Of a stretch of 64,000 nt of DNA, positions 12,400-26,640 are shown in pieces. The DNA lies in the NCBI GenBank assembly GCA_013239625.1, contig MU053994.1:4569434-4633433 (forward strand), given 5' to 3'. The notes beneath the pieces are model-generated. The model was not told the origin of the DNA. It ran no database searches and worked only from the letters and a program-made list of their open reading frames with translations. Numbering within the stretch: position 1 is the stretch's first letter; each line of letters opens with the position of its first letter. Source of the DNA: Lama guanicoe. Its lineage: Eukaryota. The translations under genes were made by a program, and so were the position numbers.

Positions 12400-15300
12400 T
12401 TAACTTTCAAAGTGCAGAGTGAGGATCTTGGTGATTCTTCTCCCCAATAAAAGCAAAGAAAATACTGACAAAGCAATCCAAAGCAGCCATTTATGAACTC
12501 TGAAAATTAACTAAAGGCACAGAACAAACTGAAAAGAGTTTGTTCAAGAAAAACTACTGAATCTTGGTAAGAACAGTGGGATCTATGGCATTTTAATTTG
12601 AGTCTTCTCCCATGCCCCTTAGCCAGCCCACTGGCATGGTATCCATGAAAAGCTGACAGTCTTACAGTCAGCAGAAAGATGTGACCTCCTTTGGAATGTT
12701 GTTAAAATCCCATCCCTAGAGGACATTCAATATTTGACCATATTCACAACTCTCTATAAAAGCTTGAATTCCAGGGTATTGTTGATACTCAATCTGACTC
12801 AGAACTCAGCTATGTGAAACAAGATCCATCACCATGGTGTAACTAAAAACAATAGTAATCAACTGGAATTATTTACACAACAGTTTTCTAACACTGTGTT
12901 TTCAGTTGGGGAAAACAAAGGCCTGGACAAAAGGTAGACCTGGGGAAGCAGATTACCATAAAAAACCTTTGAAAAGCTCTTTCTGGAGGCCTAGAAGGCT
13001 GTGTGCATGTACAGGGCAGTGCTTATGCCCAGGAGATAACTGAGAAAGTAGAGGGTCAAAGTCACTCCCTTCTGGTTGAACTTGAGGCCCTGTACAATCA
13101 GAAAGTGAAAGTTAAGGCTGACTTTTACATTTTCTAATATTTAAACACATGCCTTCACACAGAGACCCACCTGGCAAAGGATGGAAGACTTGTTGTCTTA
13201 GGATATATAAGTAAGTCTTATGACTGATCCTTGACTGACTACTATACTATACTGATCCAAAGGTGACCCATAAAAAGCCAGGCTTGATATTTTAAAGTTT
13301 TTTTCTTAATTTAATTGGGAAGAGAACTCACTTATAGCAGGAAATACGAAATCTATAGAATTAGTCTAGGCAAGTCACTAAGCAAGCAAGCAGAAACAAG
13401 AAAAATTAACCACAAAACAACAACAAACCCAAAAAGTGATGGAGGGTTCTAATTCCAAAGTTAACACAATATATTGTCAAAAATGTCCAGTTTAAAGAAA
13501 AGTTATGAGATGCACAAAATACCAGGAAATTATGAGCCACACACAGGAAAATAGCAGGCACTAGAAAATGTCTATGGGAAGGTGGGAGCAGATTTTGACT
13601 TAAACAGACTTTAAATAAGCTACTCTAAATATGTTCAGAGAACTAAAGGAAACTAGGCTTCAAAAATGAAAGTATGCCAAACATGTCTTACCAAATAGAG
13701 AACATCAGTAAAGTAAGAGAAATAAGAAAAAAAGAAATAAAATTCTGGAGATTTAAAATAATTGAAATGAAAAAAGTCCTAGAGGGACTTACCAACAAAT
13801 TTGAGCTGGTAATAGACAAATTTGAAGGCAGGTCAATCAAAATTATCTAGTTTGAGGAACAGAAAGAAAAACAGAATGAAGATAAATGAACAGAGTCTTA
13901 GAAACCTGTATGACATTACTAACTTACTGATACATATGTAATGAGGGCCCAGAGTAAGAAAAAAAGAGACAAAGACAGAAAAAAATTATTTGAAGAAATA
14001 ATGGCTGCAAACTTCCCAAATTTGATGAAAAACATTAATCTGTATGCCTAATAGGCTCAACAAACTCCAAGTAGGATAAACTCAAAAAAATCTGTAACAT
14101 TATTGTCAAACTGTCAAAAGTCAAAGACAATGAGAAGATATTAAAACAGCAAGAGACAAACTCTTTATGTACAAGGTACCCACCATGAGATTAACATCTG
14201 ATTTCTTGTCAGAAACCATGGAGGCCAGAGCACAGTGGGATGAAATATTCAAAGTGCTGAAACAAAAGTCTATCAAACAAGACTTAATATATCCAGCAAA
14301 GCTAGTCTTCAAAAATGAAAGATAAATGAAAACATCCCCAGATAAGTAAAGACAGAAAATTCATCACCAGTGCACCTGCCTTATTAGTAATACAAAAGAG
14401 AGTCCTTCAGTTTGAAGGAAAAAAGAACACTACACAATAATCATAATAATTTGGATTCATACAGAGAAAAAAGAACACTGCTAGGATAATTAAATGAATA
14501 ATTTTTAAAATATATAAACATATTTTTCACTCTTTATTTCTCTTAACTGGCTTAAAAAAACTGCATAGAACAATCATAACAAAACTGTGTTTATGGACTT
14601 ATAACATATAAAGACGTAATTTGTATGGCAACAGTAGCAAAAAGGAAGGAGAGGGAAGGAAGCTATATAGGAGCAAAGTTTTTGCATATTGTTGAAATTA
14701 AGTTGGTATTAACCACAACTGGATTGTTTTAAATTAAGATGTTATTTATAATATCCAGGGCAACAACTATGAAAATAACCCAAAAAATGTAGAATAAAAA
14801 CCAAAAAAGGAATTTAAATGATATGATAGAAAATATCAATTTAACAGAAAAGAAATCAATAATGGAGGAATAGAGGAACCAAGAAGACATAAGACTTATA
14901 AAAAACAAATAACAGGGACCAGAGAGATATCAATCAAGATGACTCATCTCTCCCCATGAACATGTCAAAAATACATCTACGTGTGGAACAATTCTCACCG
15001 AAAACTAATCGGAAACTGGCAGAAAGACTCCTGTACAACCAAGGCTGTAATAAAGATACTCATGGAATCATGTAGTAGAGGAAGAGACACAATCAGGTCT
15101 TCACCTGTGCTTCTAGGAGGGGACTCAGAGGAGGAGGGAGACCACATGGGTGGAGATTTGCTCTGGGGAATGAGTGGTTTGAGCCACTCACTGGGTGCCC
15201 CATCCCTGGGGCCCTATACAGGGAAGACGAACCCCTCCTGGCTCGTTAGAGGACTGCTAGGACTAACAGGAGGGCTGTGGAAAGCCTGGCCTACATTCAT

Positions 15301-18300
15301 GAGAAACATGTGCATGCACACTGCCTAGCCCCCAAGCAGAACAGAGAGAGTGGACTGAAGACTGCTCTGGTGGCTGCTAGGTTTCCCACAATTGTGCCAG
15401 CGTGTGCCCCAGCCTGAGCTGAGTGAACGCTCCAGCCCTGCTTACTTCAGGTCACAGCTCTACACTAGACTTAAGGCTGCCATGGCCAAGGAGAAAGCTC
15501 AGCATGGGATGCAGAGGCGACTCAGACCCAGTGCGGCCTCTGGGTAGGGCAGGGTGGCCATTGTTGGTGCATGCTCAGGAAGCGTGTGAGTAGCAACTTG
15601 GAATGCTGATGATGGTGAGTCCACCACAGCCCATGTGCCAGTGCACACCGAGAGCCACAAGAACACCACTTGCCTTGTGGTGTGGCTCCACAACAGGGCT
15701 AGGGCAGCGGAGGCTGAGGGTAGTGATCAAATGTGAGGGACAAAGAAGATCTGAACCTGAGGCTGCATCTGAGCAAGGTGAAGGGCAACGACTGCATCAG
15801 AGGCAGATCAGACCTCTGTCTGTGGCCAGCCCACCACAGCCCATGTCCCATCATGAGCCAAGAGCCTGCACAGCCTCTCTTACTTCAGCATTGCTCCCTT
15901 CTGGGGCAAGAGTCTTAGTGCTGGGGGAGAGGAAAGCACACACTTAAAGGGAACAGAACAAGCTAAGACTTGACTCTCAGAGATTCTATTCCAGCAACCT
16001 AGGATCTTACACCACCCCAAAAAGGGTGGAGATGGTTACTGAGGAGAGGGGAAGCCCCAGCTCACACCTGGCTACAGCCTTAGCCCATCGATCTCCAGTC
16101 CCACCTCCTACCAAGATGATAGCTGACAGCACACTCCGAGGAAAGACATGACTTACATCCACATCAAATCTAGCTCTCCAACCAAAGGCAATGGAAACAA
16201 GCAGTTTTTATAGGGATGCTACTACATAAGGATGCCCATTCAGACCACAACAGGCAACTGCTTCACCTAAATTCATAAAGCTAGAAGAAGTTAAACAAAA
16301 TGAGAAGGCATAGGAATTTGCCTTAATTGAAAGAGCAAGAGGAAAAACCCCAGAAAAAAAATAATGAAACAGAAATAAGCAATTTCCAGACACTACAGAA
16401 AACAAACAGTATAAAGGTGCCTCAAAAAACTAAAAATAGAATTACCATATGATTCATCAATTCCACTTTTGGGTATATACTTGGGAAAAATGAAAACACT
16501 AATTTGAAAAGATACATGTACGCCATCATTCATAGCAGCATTATTTACAATAGCCAAGATATGGAAGCAACCCTGTTCATCAACAGATGAATGGATAAAG
16601 AATACACACACACACACACACACACACACGTATGTTTATACACAATGGAATATTACTCTGCCATAAAAAAGAATCAAATTCTGCTAGTGGATGTATCTAG
16701 AGAGTGTTATTCTAAGTGAAATAAATCAGAGAAAGACCCTGTATGTTATCACTTATATGTGAAATCTAGAAGTTAAAACAAATGAATGTATACAGCAAAA
16801 CAGAAACAGACTCACAGAAATAGAAAATAAATTAGTGGATACCTTGAGGAGAGGGAAGAGGGGTTCAGTGAGATAATGGTATGGGATTAAGAAATACAAA
16901 CTACTATGTACAAAATAAATAAGTGACATGGATGTATTGTACAGCACAGGGAATTCTAGACATTATTTTGTAATAACATTAAACAGACTATATTTTACAA
17001 AAATACTGAATCACTATGTTGTACACCTGAAACTAATGCAATAAATCAACTATACTTCAATAAAACTGTTTAAAAATGAATTTAAAAAGAAAACATATGA
17101 CAAAATGGCAAATGTAAATCATATCATATGAATAATTACATTAAATGTAAATAGTTTAAACACTCCATATAAAACTAAGAGATTATTAGACTAGACTTTT
17201 TTAAAAAAGGATCCAACTATATACTATGTAAAAGAGACATAGTTTATATTCAAAGACACAGATAAGTTGAAAAGGATGGAAAGAGATATACCATGCAAAT
17301 AATAACCAAAAGAGAGTCAGATGTTAAAATCAGACAAAGTAGACTTTAATACAAAATAAGTTACTAGAGACAAAAGAGAGATTTTACAATAAAAAGATCA
17401 ATTCAGCAGGAAGATATCACAATTATACGTATATATGCATCTAAAAACAGAGCGCCTGAAAATATGAAATAAAAATAGAAAGAACTGAAGGAAGAAATAG
17501 ATTATTCAACCATAAGAGGTACAGATTTTAATACTGCACTCTCAGTAATTGATAGAAAAACTTTTTAAAAAAACAATAAGAAAGTAGATTTGAACAACAC
17601 TGTCAATCAAATTGACCTAACAAACATCTATAGAACACTCTACCCAAAAACACACATTATTTTCAAGCATACGTGGAACTTTCTCCACAAAGACCACAGA
17701 GTAGGCCATAAAACAAGTCTTAATAAATTCAAAAAGATTGAAATCATTCAAAATATCCAATCACAATAGAGTTAAACTGGAAATTAAAAACAAAAGAGGA
17801 TTTGGTCCCAAATTCCCTTTGGGACCTTCACAAATACTGGGAAAGTGAATAACACATTTCTAAATAACCCAAGTGTCAAAGAAGAAATTACAAAGAAATT
17901 AAATTTTATTTTGAATTGAAAGAAAATGTAAAGAGACTGTATCAATTTATGGTAAGAAGTGATTAGATGGAAATTTTTAGCTTTAAATGACTATAATAGA
18001 AAAGAAAAATAACTTAAATCAACAATCTAAGCTTTCCTCTTAACGATCTTGAAAAAAGAGGAAACTAAGCTCAAGGCAAACAGAAAAGTGAAACAAAGAT
18101 GAGAGTGGAAATCAGTGAAATAGAAAACAAAAAAATGACAACTATAAATGCTAAAAGCAAAAGTTGGTTATTTGAAAAGATTAACTAAATTGGCACACCA
18201 TTAGCTATATTAACCAAGAAATAAACACAGAGTGACAAAATTATCAGGGAAAGAGAGGACATTACTACTAATCCTTCTAAAATTATAAGGATTATTAGGG

Positions 18301-19440
18301 AATAATGTAAAAACTTTTATGCCAACAAATTCAACAGCACAGATGAAAAGAACAAATTCATGGAAAAGGTAACAAACCTGATTCAAGAACAAATAGAAAA
18401 ACTGAGTATAACTATAATATTTGTAATATATAAAGAAATTGAATTAATAATTAAATATCTCCAAGAAAGTAAAGCCCATATGGTTTTCCTGGTAAATTCT
18501 ATCAAACCTTAAAAGAAAAAAAAAAACTCCATGAATTCCTCAAAAAATATAGGAAAGAACACGTCTCAACTCATTCTATGATGTAAATATTACCCTGATA
18601 ACAAAGCCAAACAAAGACCTTACAAGAACTACTCAACTAATATGAGATCTCAGAATATAAGACCAATATACAAAAAAACACTTGTATTTTTATACATGCA
18701 CAATGAACAATCTGAAATGAAATTAAGAATATAATTCATTTCACAATCACATCAAACAGAATAAAATACTTATGAATAAATTTACCTGAAGAAGGGTAAG
18801 ATTGTATACTAAAAATTATAAAACATTGATGAGGGAATTAAAAATACTTAAATAAATGGAGAGACAGTCCATATTCATAGAGTGGAAGAAAATGTGGTTA
18901 AGATGGCAATTTTACCCAAATTTATTTGACATTTTTTGTAGAAATTTAAAAATTGAACTTAAATTTTATATGAAAAGGAGAAGACCTATAATATCCAAAA
19001 TTATTTTGAAAAATTAGAATAAAATTTGGGTACTTTTACTTTCTAATTTCAAGCCTTATTATAAAGCTACGATTGTTAAGACTGTGTGGTACTGGATTAA
19101 AGATAGTCACATAGATCAATGGAATAGAATTGAGAGCCAGAAATAAATTCATATGTGTATAGTCAATTGATTTTCAACAACAATTTTTAAGCATGTGTTA
19201 CTAGGACAGTGGGATATCCATAAAAAAAGAGATGAACCTGGCCACTTACTTCATAGCATACACAAAAATTATGTAATACAAAAAAATGCATCGTAGATAT
19301 AAATGTAAGAACTAAAACAATAAACTTTTTAGAAAACATGGCAGAAAACCTTTGAGTTGTTGTAATAGGCTATGTTTCTTAGCTATGACACTGAAGAATG
19401 AATGAAAGAATTGACAAACTGGACTGCATCATAACTCAAA
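12400..19440 (+). mobile_element. Old near-full-length L1 (5' UTR, ORF1 ~13500-14400, ORF2 from ~17105). Hosts a nested younger L1, appears to lack the RT core, and is truncated at a MER21-like LTR
   Basis: ORF1 motifs ('gaagaaataatggctgcaaacttcccaaatttg', 'gaaaccatggaggccagagcacagtgggatg'). ORF2 start 'ataattacattaaatgtaaatagtttaaac' (ITLNVN). At ~18630 the sequence jumps from pre-RT to post-RT sequence when compared with the copy at 61140-61750. Confidence 0.88.
14915..17087 (+). mobile_element. Younger L1 with ~1.4-kb GC-richer 5' UTR, ORF1 N-terminus, large internal deletion, ORF2 C-terminus and 3' UTR
   Basis: ORF1 ATG at 16300 (MRRHRNLP*LKEQEEKPQKKNNETEISNF). From ~16390 it reads as ORF2 C-terminus (LKKLKIELPYDSSIPLLGIY). 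AATAAA near 17059. Decayed TSD aaaaaacaaataaca (14900-14914) / agaaaacatatgaca (17088-17102), 12/15 match. The host L1 resumes afterwards. Confidence 0.85.
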
Positions 19441-19441
19441 T

Positions 19442-19901
19442 CTTGGATTTGGGAAGGACTCACACCATTTCCTAACCGATAAGAGTGTTCATTGTGCCTA
19501 AAATGTACAAACAATGTAGGTTACACTAAACACCTGCTTTCTTTCTGGGATACTGATTTTGGATACATGCTAGACAAAAACTACCTATGTGACCATCCCC
19601 CAATTAAAAACCTTGGCCACTGAGTTTCTGTTTCTCTGACAGACAACATCTCATATGTGTTATCATAATTTTTTTGTTGGAGTAATTGTGTCCTGTGTGA
19701 CTCCACCAGGAGAGGACTCATGGAAGCTTGTGTCTAGTCTCCCCTAGACTTCATCTCATGCATCTTTTTCTTTGCTGATTTTACTGTGTATTCTTTTCAT
19801 GCATAATAAATCATAGCCATGAGTATGAGTATATGCTGAGTCCTGTGAGTCCTCCTAGCAAATCATCAAAACTCCTGGTGGCTTTGTGGACCCTTGACAC
19901 A
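19442..19901 (+). mobile_element. ERVL LTR (MER21-like), 5'-truncated
   Basis: 'gtgactccaccaggagaggactcatggaagcttgtg', AATAAA at 19805-19810, end 'gagtcctgtgagtcctcctagcaaatc...gacccttgacaca'. Confidence 0.8.
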
Positions 19902-20559
19902 ATGCCTCGATAAACTTGTTTTAAAAAAGCATGAGAATATTCATTTTCCCGTACCCTCACTAACAATGAATATTAACATGGTTGAAAATCTTAGTGAATT
20001 CAAAAGCAATTAAAGATACCATCTTACATTTTTCCTCAGTTATTGAGTTTGAACTTTTGTTCCCATGCTTATTGGCCACTTGTATTTGGTATTCTGTAAA
20101 TTATCAGTTCATGTCTTTGACCTACTTTTCCTTTAGGATATATACACATTCATATTTCCTTAATGACTTCTCAGCTTTCTTTGCAAATTAAGGATATTAG
20201 TCCTCTATCACATACTGTGGGTATTCTTTCCAATTAATTATTTGCACAGGTATCTTTCTTACAGAGCTCTTCAGTACTGACTAATGGCTTTACACCAAAG
20301 CTCAGAGGAAAAGAAATGAGGATATAATTCACAGCAATCCTTTCCTCAGGTCTTGCTCATCCAGCAAGATTAAAAGAGAGAGAGAGAGAGAAAAAGAAGC
20401 AAAACCACTGAGGGAATGTATAATTGTTGCATCCTTCTATCCTTCTGTTATGTAATGAGAAGCAATTAAAACAAGATTGCCCTCAGTATCAGGTACTTGA
20501 GGTGCAACTATTCCATTGGGTCGGTTACACACCTTAGCAGACACAGGAACTAGGGCAAT

Positions 20560-20980
20560 GGTTCATACCGATGCTCTCCAGCCTCGCTGATTGTTTCCTC
20601 CTACTCACCACACTCCAGCCCTGCCATCAGGTCTTTGTGACTGCTGTTTCCTCAACCTAAGAGGCATTTCCCACCCTTCTTTAACATCTGCTTCTTCAGA
20701 TCTCAGCTGAAGTGTCACTTTCTGGGGTAGTATTTGTAATTTTTCTCAATAGGTCAAATCTCCCTTCATATGTGCTCTCATAATACCTCTACCTACACAC
20801 TAGTTACAGATGGAATTTTGCTTTCATTTGTGCGATTACTTGATTAATTACTACTTCCCCACCAAACTGTAAGTTCTTTGAGAATTAAATACCAGGTTTC
20901 GTTCATTCATTATGCAATCCTCATCCCAGCACAGTGCCTGACATGTAGTAAGTGCCCAGATAGTATTTGCTCAATGGATT
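20560..20980 (+). mobile_element. L2 3' end remnant
   Basis: 'cactccagcc ... cccagcacagtgcctgacatgtagtaagtgcccagatagtatttgctcaatg'. Confidence 0.7.
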
Positions 20981-21688
20981 AAGGCATCCTCTTCTTTGAA
21001 TGGATATATCTCCTAAGGCCAATGCACTGCACCTTAGAGAGTATTTTTAAATGGTATTTAATAGGTGCAAATACTTTCATAAGCAGAATCACATTTAATC
21101 ATCACAAAATCTGTCAGATGTTGTTTACCTAATTTTAGAAAAGAAGATACCAAGGCTCAGAGTGATTGAATAACCTTCTGAATCCATATTTTTGCCCACA
21201 GAGAGGGTCTCCATTCACAAGCACAATCCTCCTCTCACAACTGCTATGCTGCTGTTGCTAAGGGAAAAATTTTGTCCTGATATATTATGTTTCCTTGCTT
21301 CCGATCATGAGGATTGTCTTATGTTTTTTGTAGTTTTGCTGAAAGCAAAAGTTAGGATCTGAACCACTTGTTGGATAAATAAGAGATTGATTGATTGTAA
21401 ATGAAAGGATCAAATTTAAGAACAGAGGTTCTTCATGTTCCAGGCAGAAATGTGGTTCCATCCATGATGGGTCATGCAGCTGAAACTTCTCTCTTCTTCT
21501 TCTATTGTGGAGATCAGATGTTGTAACTACAACAACTTAAACACAGGCCCGAAACTGCTGAGAGGTCTTGCCTCATTGTTGAGGTGACAGAGGATCAGCT
21601 GTCCCCATCCCCAGCAACTTCAAAGAGAGGCTGTTTAAGTCTGCTCTGTGGTTTCTGCACAAGGGAAAACTCTCACTCAGAAGGGTCT

Positions 21689-22241
21689 TGTATTAGTTAT
21701 CTACTGTTGCATAGCAAATTATCCCTAAATTTATCAGCTTAAAACATTAAAAATTTATTGTCTTGCAATTTCTGTGGGTCAGAATCTAAGGGCAATTGAA
21801 CTTAGTAGTTGTAGCTCAGAGTCTCTCATGAGGTTACAGTCAAGCTCTCAGGCAGAGCTGTGGTCATCTCAAGGCTGGACAATCTGCTTCCAAGCTCATT
21901 TACATGGTTGGTGGCAGGACTTAGTTCCTCACTGACCATTTGCTGAAGACCTCAGTCTCTTGCCACATTAGCCTCTCCAGACACTGACTGCTTGTCTTCA
22001 TAACATGGTTGTTGTCTTCTTTGAGAGTAAGTGATCCAAGGAGAGATAAAGAACCCAAGATGGAAACCACAGTCTTTATAACCTAACTTTCGAAGTGACA
22101 TAGCATCATTTCTGCTACATTCTATTGGTTACATCAAATAAACTATAAACTTCATACAGAGTTTGGAGGGAATGAATACCGTGGGTGTGAATAATGGGAG
22201 GCAAAAATTATTGGTGGCTATTTTGGAGGCTGGATATGACA
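21689..22241 (-). mobile_element. MaLR solo LTR (MLT1F-like)
   Basis: TG...CA ends; 'tgtattagttatctactgttgcatagcaaattatccctaaa...tttctgtgggtcagaat'. Confidence 0.8.
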
Positions 22242-24531
22242 AGTCCCTTCTCATTTTGAGTAGGCAGTAAAGTTGTTTCTCTGAATTCATACCATCAAGA
22301 TAGGAAAGGATGGTAAAAAAACAGCTAATGAGGAACCTTTGGCATCGAGCAAAATGTAGAGTTAGCTACTATATCACTGAAAGCTTGGTTAACATTCCTG
22401 TAATCTGATCATGCATGTGATATACAAAATGAGAGATGTCTGAGTGATTAGCTGTGTATTATGCTCAATGATACAATGGGAAATTGCTTTAGCAGCTCCC
22501 CTAATTAGAAAGGCAGGCATATTTTGGCAGAGGACAGGATGGACATGCAAAGGGACAAAGGCATCACTGGCATGTGTGTACGTATGTGTCTACATGCACA
22601 CATATGTGTGAGTACTTCCATGCTAAACACCTGAAACACGTCTCATGGGATACTTGATTGAGAACTGACATTTGAACTAAGGTCTTCTCTCCCGCAAACC
22701 CACTGTTGTTTTGTAGTACTTGCATTAACATATAATTCAATGTAACATAACATGAAATGTCCACAAAAATTATAACCAGATACCAAGTTAGACCCTTGTT
22801 CATGCTTTTTGCCTGTGCTTAAAATTCCACGTCCACTTCCAATTCAAGGATTCTTTTTCTCTCTGTTGGAATCTTTTTCATAAGCCACTTTTGCCATGAT
22901 TTTCCTAAAATCAAAACTAATTATCAGTGCTCCTGAGCACTTATTTACACATCTTTTATAGTATGTATGCAGCTAAATATAAATCAGACTCCAGTAAGTG
23001 GAGCATTCATTTGGGGAAAGAGGGAAGTGCTTTGTTCCTATATATACATGACCCTGAACATCCAGTAGATTCACTGAATACAGCAGGTTCCTAGAGGGAA
23101 AAAAGGCCGATTCTGAGAGCCTGTTGATTAACAAGGCTCCCTGCAGGGAAAAGAACACAGGGTGGCATAAATACCCAAGGTATGTGGTTTGTTAGAAAAA
23201 AAAATATTTGTGTCATATATATAGATAGAGATATCTTGCACATATAGTAACCACATACACAATGAATTCACAATAATCATACCAAGTGACATAAATCAAA
23301 CTTATCTTCATATTTGTCAATATCAGAAAATTAGTTTACAACCAAAGCCGCATTACTTTGGGATACAGTACTCATCATAACTAAAATAAAGAGGAAAGCT
23401 CAGGAATTGCTCTTGATGTTTAATATATCCAAGAATTGCAAACTCACTAGAAAACTTTTAAATTATACAAGAATTGAAAGTGGGTGTCCTATAGTAAATG
23501 GTAATAAAAGAGAGCTGTGTTTCAAATCTTTTGTCGGGATAGGAGAACTATCTGGAACAAAATGCTTTTCAAGATTCAAAATACGACAAAAGTCAACAGA
23601 TTTACTCCACATTACTTAGGAGTAAACATACTATTTTTCTCCTATGTACAATTTCTCCTCTGGCTGGCTACTACTATCAGCAGCAGAAATTTTGAACCTC
23701 TGTAAGTAGAACCACCACCCAATAAGAAGGTAGAATTTTCAGCACTCTAGATAACAAACCCTGGCAATGTTTACCTATTTGTGTTATCTAGAGGATTGTT
23801 ATTTACAGTTCCTTCTGTTTTGCGAAAGGAGAAGGAAAAATTAGCTCTCCCCTTCCCAGGGCTTTGGAAACAAAGGAATTGTGTTTTCATAACAGTCAGG
23901 GGCTTGGCAGCAGTAACAGGGACTCTCTTAAGTAGCCATATGGCCCCCCAAGCAGCCATAGGTTTCCAAATGTGTGTGTTACGGGTTTTAGTATAAATCA
24001 GAAGAGTCTCATCATGAGCGGTATTTGCACTCTACAGAAAGGAACCAAAAAAGTAAGAAACAAAACAGAGAACCAGGGACTGAACTAATAAATTGTGTCC
24101 AAGACTGAGCCAGTGAATACCAAGCACTGAACCATACGCTTAGCAAAAAAGGTAGAGTTCTTAACATATATTTAAAGAGGAACACAACAGATGACAAGTG
24201 TAGACATAAGACAAATACCTTGGACATTGTTCTCTGAGAAATACATGCAGGAGTTATAAATCAGCTTGGTGTAATAGGAACAAAACTAAAGTCCTAAGAG
24301 AGAAGACTGGATTCAAAACAAGAAATATCAGTCAGAGATGACTTTAAAAATATTTCTCCCCAAAATTCATAATTCCTTGAACCTTGAAAAGAGCTAACCT
24401 TGAACCAGTGATAGACTCTAGAGCAATTAAAATTCCTGAAGAATTTAAACCCAGGTGTTAGTTGATGGCAATCAAAACCAACTATTTGACTATATTAAAA
24501 GCTCTAACTAGAGAGTGATGCTGAATTATAT

Positions 24532-25073
24532 TGAAAGGAACCAGAATATACCATCCCCAAAATGCCACTTTGGTATAAGAATTATTTAGAGCTGAAAACA
24601 ATTGAGGGATAGTAGATGCAGGAAAAGCTCTAAAAACAGGGCAGAAATTTCCCTTTTGCAAAAGGAAATTTAAATTTATGAAGAGTTTTCCATTTGTAAA
24701 GTTGTCCTCCTCTCCTTACTTCCCTGAGGACACTTCTCACATGACATGACTTGAATCTGCATAAAATTTTTACTAAACAACCCTTATTTAAGATGCTTCT
24801 TTATCACCTTCCCACAAGCTATCCCGTCCCACACCCCAGAAGCCCAAACTGTGTTAAAATGATACATAAGTCCCTGGGTCTATCCACCTCTTTGGATTTT
24901 CACTTCTTTTCTATGAAGTTTGTGTGTATGTGTGTGTATATACACACACACACACATACATACATACATACACTCTTTTTTCTCCTATTAATCTGTATTT
25001 TGTCCGTTTAATTTGTAGGGCCCTATTCACTGAACCTAACATGATAAAGGAAAAGGTTTCTCCCTCCCCTACA
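24532..25073 (+). mobile_element. ERV1 solo LTR (MER34/MER39-like) with 4-bp TSD ATAT
   Basis: Starts 'tgaaaggaaccagaatataccatccccaaaa' and ends 'ccctcccctaca'. ATAT at 24528-24531 and 25074-25077. Internal TG/CA/TACA microsatellite at ~24921-24972. Confidence 0.85.
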
Positions 25074-25299
25074 ATATCAGGTGAAAAATAATAGAAGGAT
25101 AGAATAAAGTTAAAATTACAGATTTCCAATGTCATCTCCCTGAAATTAAAGGTTCCACTGCCATAGTCTACCACCCTACAAGACTCCAAAAACTTTCAAC
25201 AATCCAATATTTTGATTCAAAGAACATGAAGAAATAATAAAAAAATACTTTTATTGGAAGGTTAATATGACCATGTGGAACCATTGAAAAATTCCAATT

Positions 25300-26640
25300 A
25301 CAAAATTCTAGTCTCCTCAATACTGCCTAGTCCCTAATATGCTCCTCTGGCCTGTGACCCAGCCTCCCCTTTCCTGATTTTTGATCCACCAATACTACTC
25401 CTTCCTCTGCTTTTACTACTTTCCGTTCCATCAGTTCATCCTCAGGTCCATTCACCTTTTGCAGAATTCTCTACCATTCTTTTCTCCTGTGCCTCCTTGG
25501 ATCAAATTCCAATGTATTCTGATATTTTTCTACAATGTTTCTTAACCAAAAACCATAACCCCCAAGCAGATATCTCCCTGATAAGCTACTTTCACAGCAA
25601 AGAAATATCAACAACAAAAAAACTTGTTCTATGCTATATTTTTCCTTTCTTGCTTGATAATCTTTCTCATTTGAATCAGTTTGTCTCATATTATCTTCCT
25701 CCCATCTATATCTTTTGTTTGTGGCTTCCAGGTCTCTATTGTTGATGCGTTTAATCACTAAAAGCAACTAAGATTAATCAGATGGATATTTAATACTTTA
25801 ACCTCACTGTCCCTTGAACCCTATAATTCCAACAGCCCTCACAGTTACTCCATCTTGAACCCCATTCTTTTCACATCTTGATTCTCATCCCAATCCCCAG
25901 CATATGACCTCAACTATACCTTAACTGAAATAAAATGAGGTCATTTTTTCCTTTCCTTTCCTCTCAGAAGATGAGGTATTCCAGAGTCTCCTTTTATAGG
26001 TTTTCCCATTCAAATATACTCTCAATTTCACATCTTACATACCCTTATCATTGACACCTTTGTCCTTACTTGCATCTTTAACTTCCCCTTGAGCCTTCAA
26101 GTCTTTCTATCTCTGTGCTCCCATATCCTTAAAATTTCTCTAAAAACATTCCCTGAGGTTTGTTATCCCGTTAAGTTTCTGATCTTTCTCTCTTTTCTTT
26201 CATTCCTAAATTCTTTAAAGAAAAATCTAATTCTCCCACTTTCTTAATGCCTTCCTTTTCTTTAATCTCTCATAGTCTAAGTATTATTCCCATCTCCTTT
26301 CAAAAACTACTCATTCAGTTGTCAAAACTGTCCCCATAAAGATAAAATCCAATGATCCTTTCTAACTCTTCCTTTTCCTTAACTCTGTAGGATTTGACTG
26401 AGTTGTCTATCTTCTTGAATCTTTCTCTGTGAAGTTGTTCATCTCCAGTTACCTTCCTATTTTAGTGACAATTTCTTTTTCTCCTTCACTACTTTACTTC
26501 CATTCTAAAATTCTCATTCTCTTGGTATTCCAAGTTTTCAAAAATCTTATGCAAGTTGATGACACTGAGATGTACAATGCTAGCTACTACTTGTTCCTGA
26601 ATCCTAAAATCATATTTAAAGATTATGGCCATATAATACC
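25300..26640 (+). mobile_element. Highly decayed L2-like body
   Basis: Pyrimidine-rich with L2-like phrases ('aaatccaatgatcctttctaactc', 'gtaggatttgactgagttgtc'). Weak evidence. Confidence 0.45.

Noticed and set aside
14981..15947. 113-115-aa-scale ORFs in GC-richer sequence as a novel gene or ORF0-like product
   Set aside because: They lie in a decayed L1 5' UTR, use non-ATG or chance starts, and show no recognisable homology.
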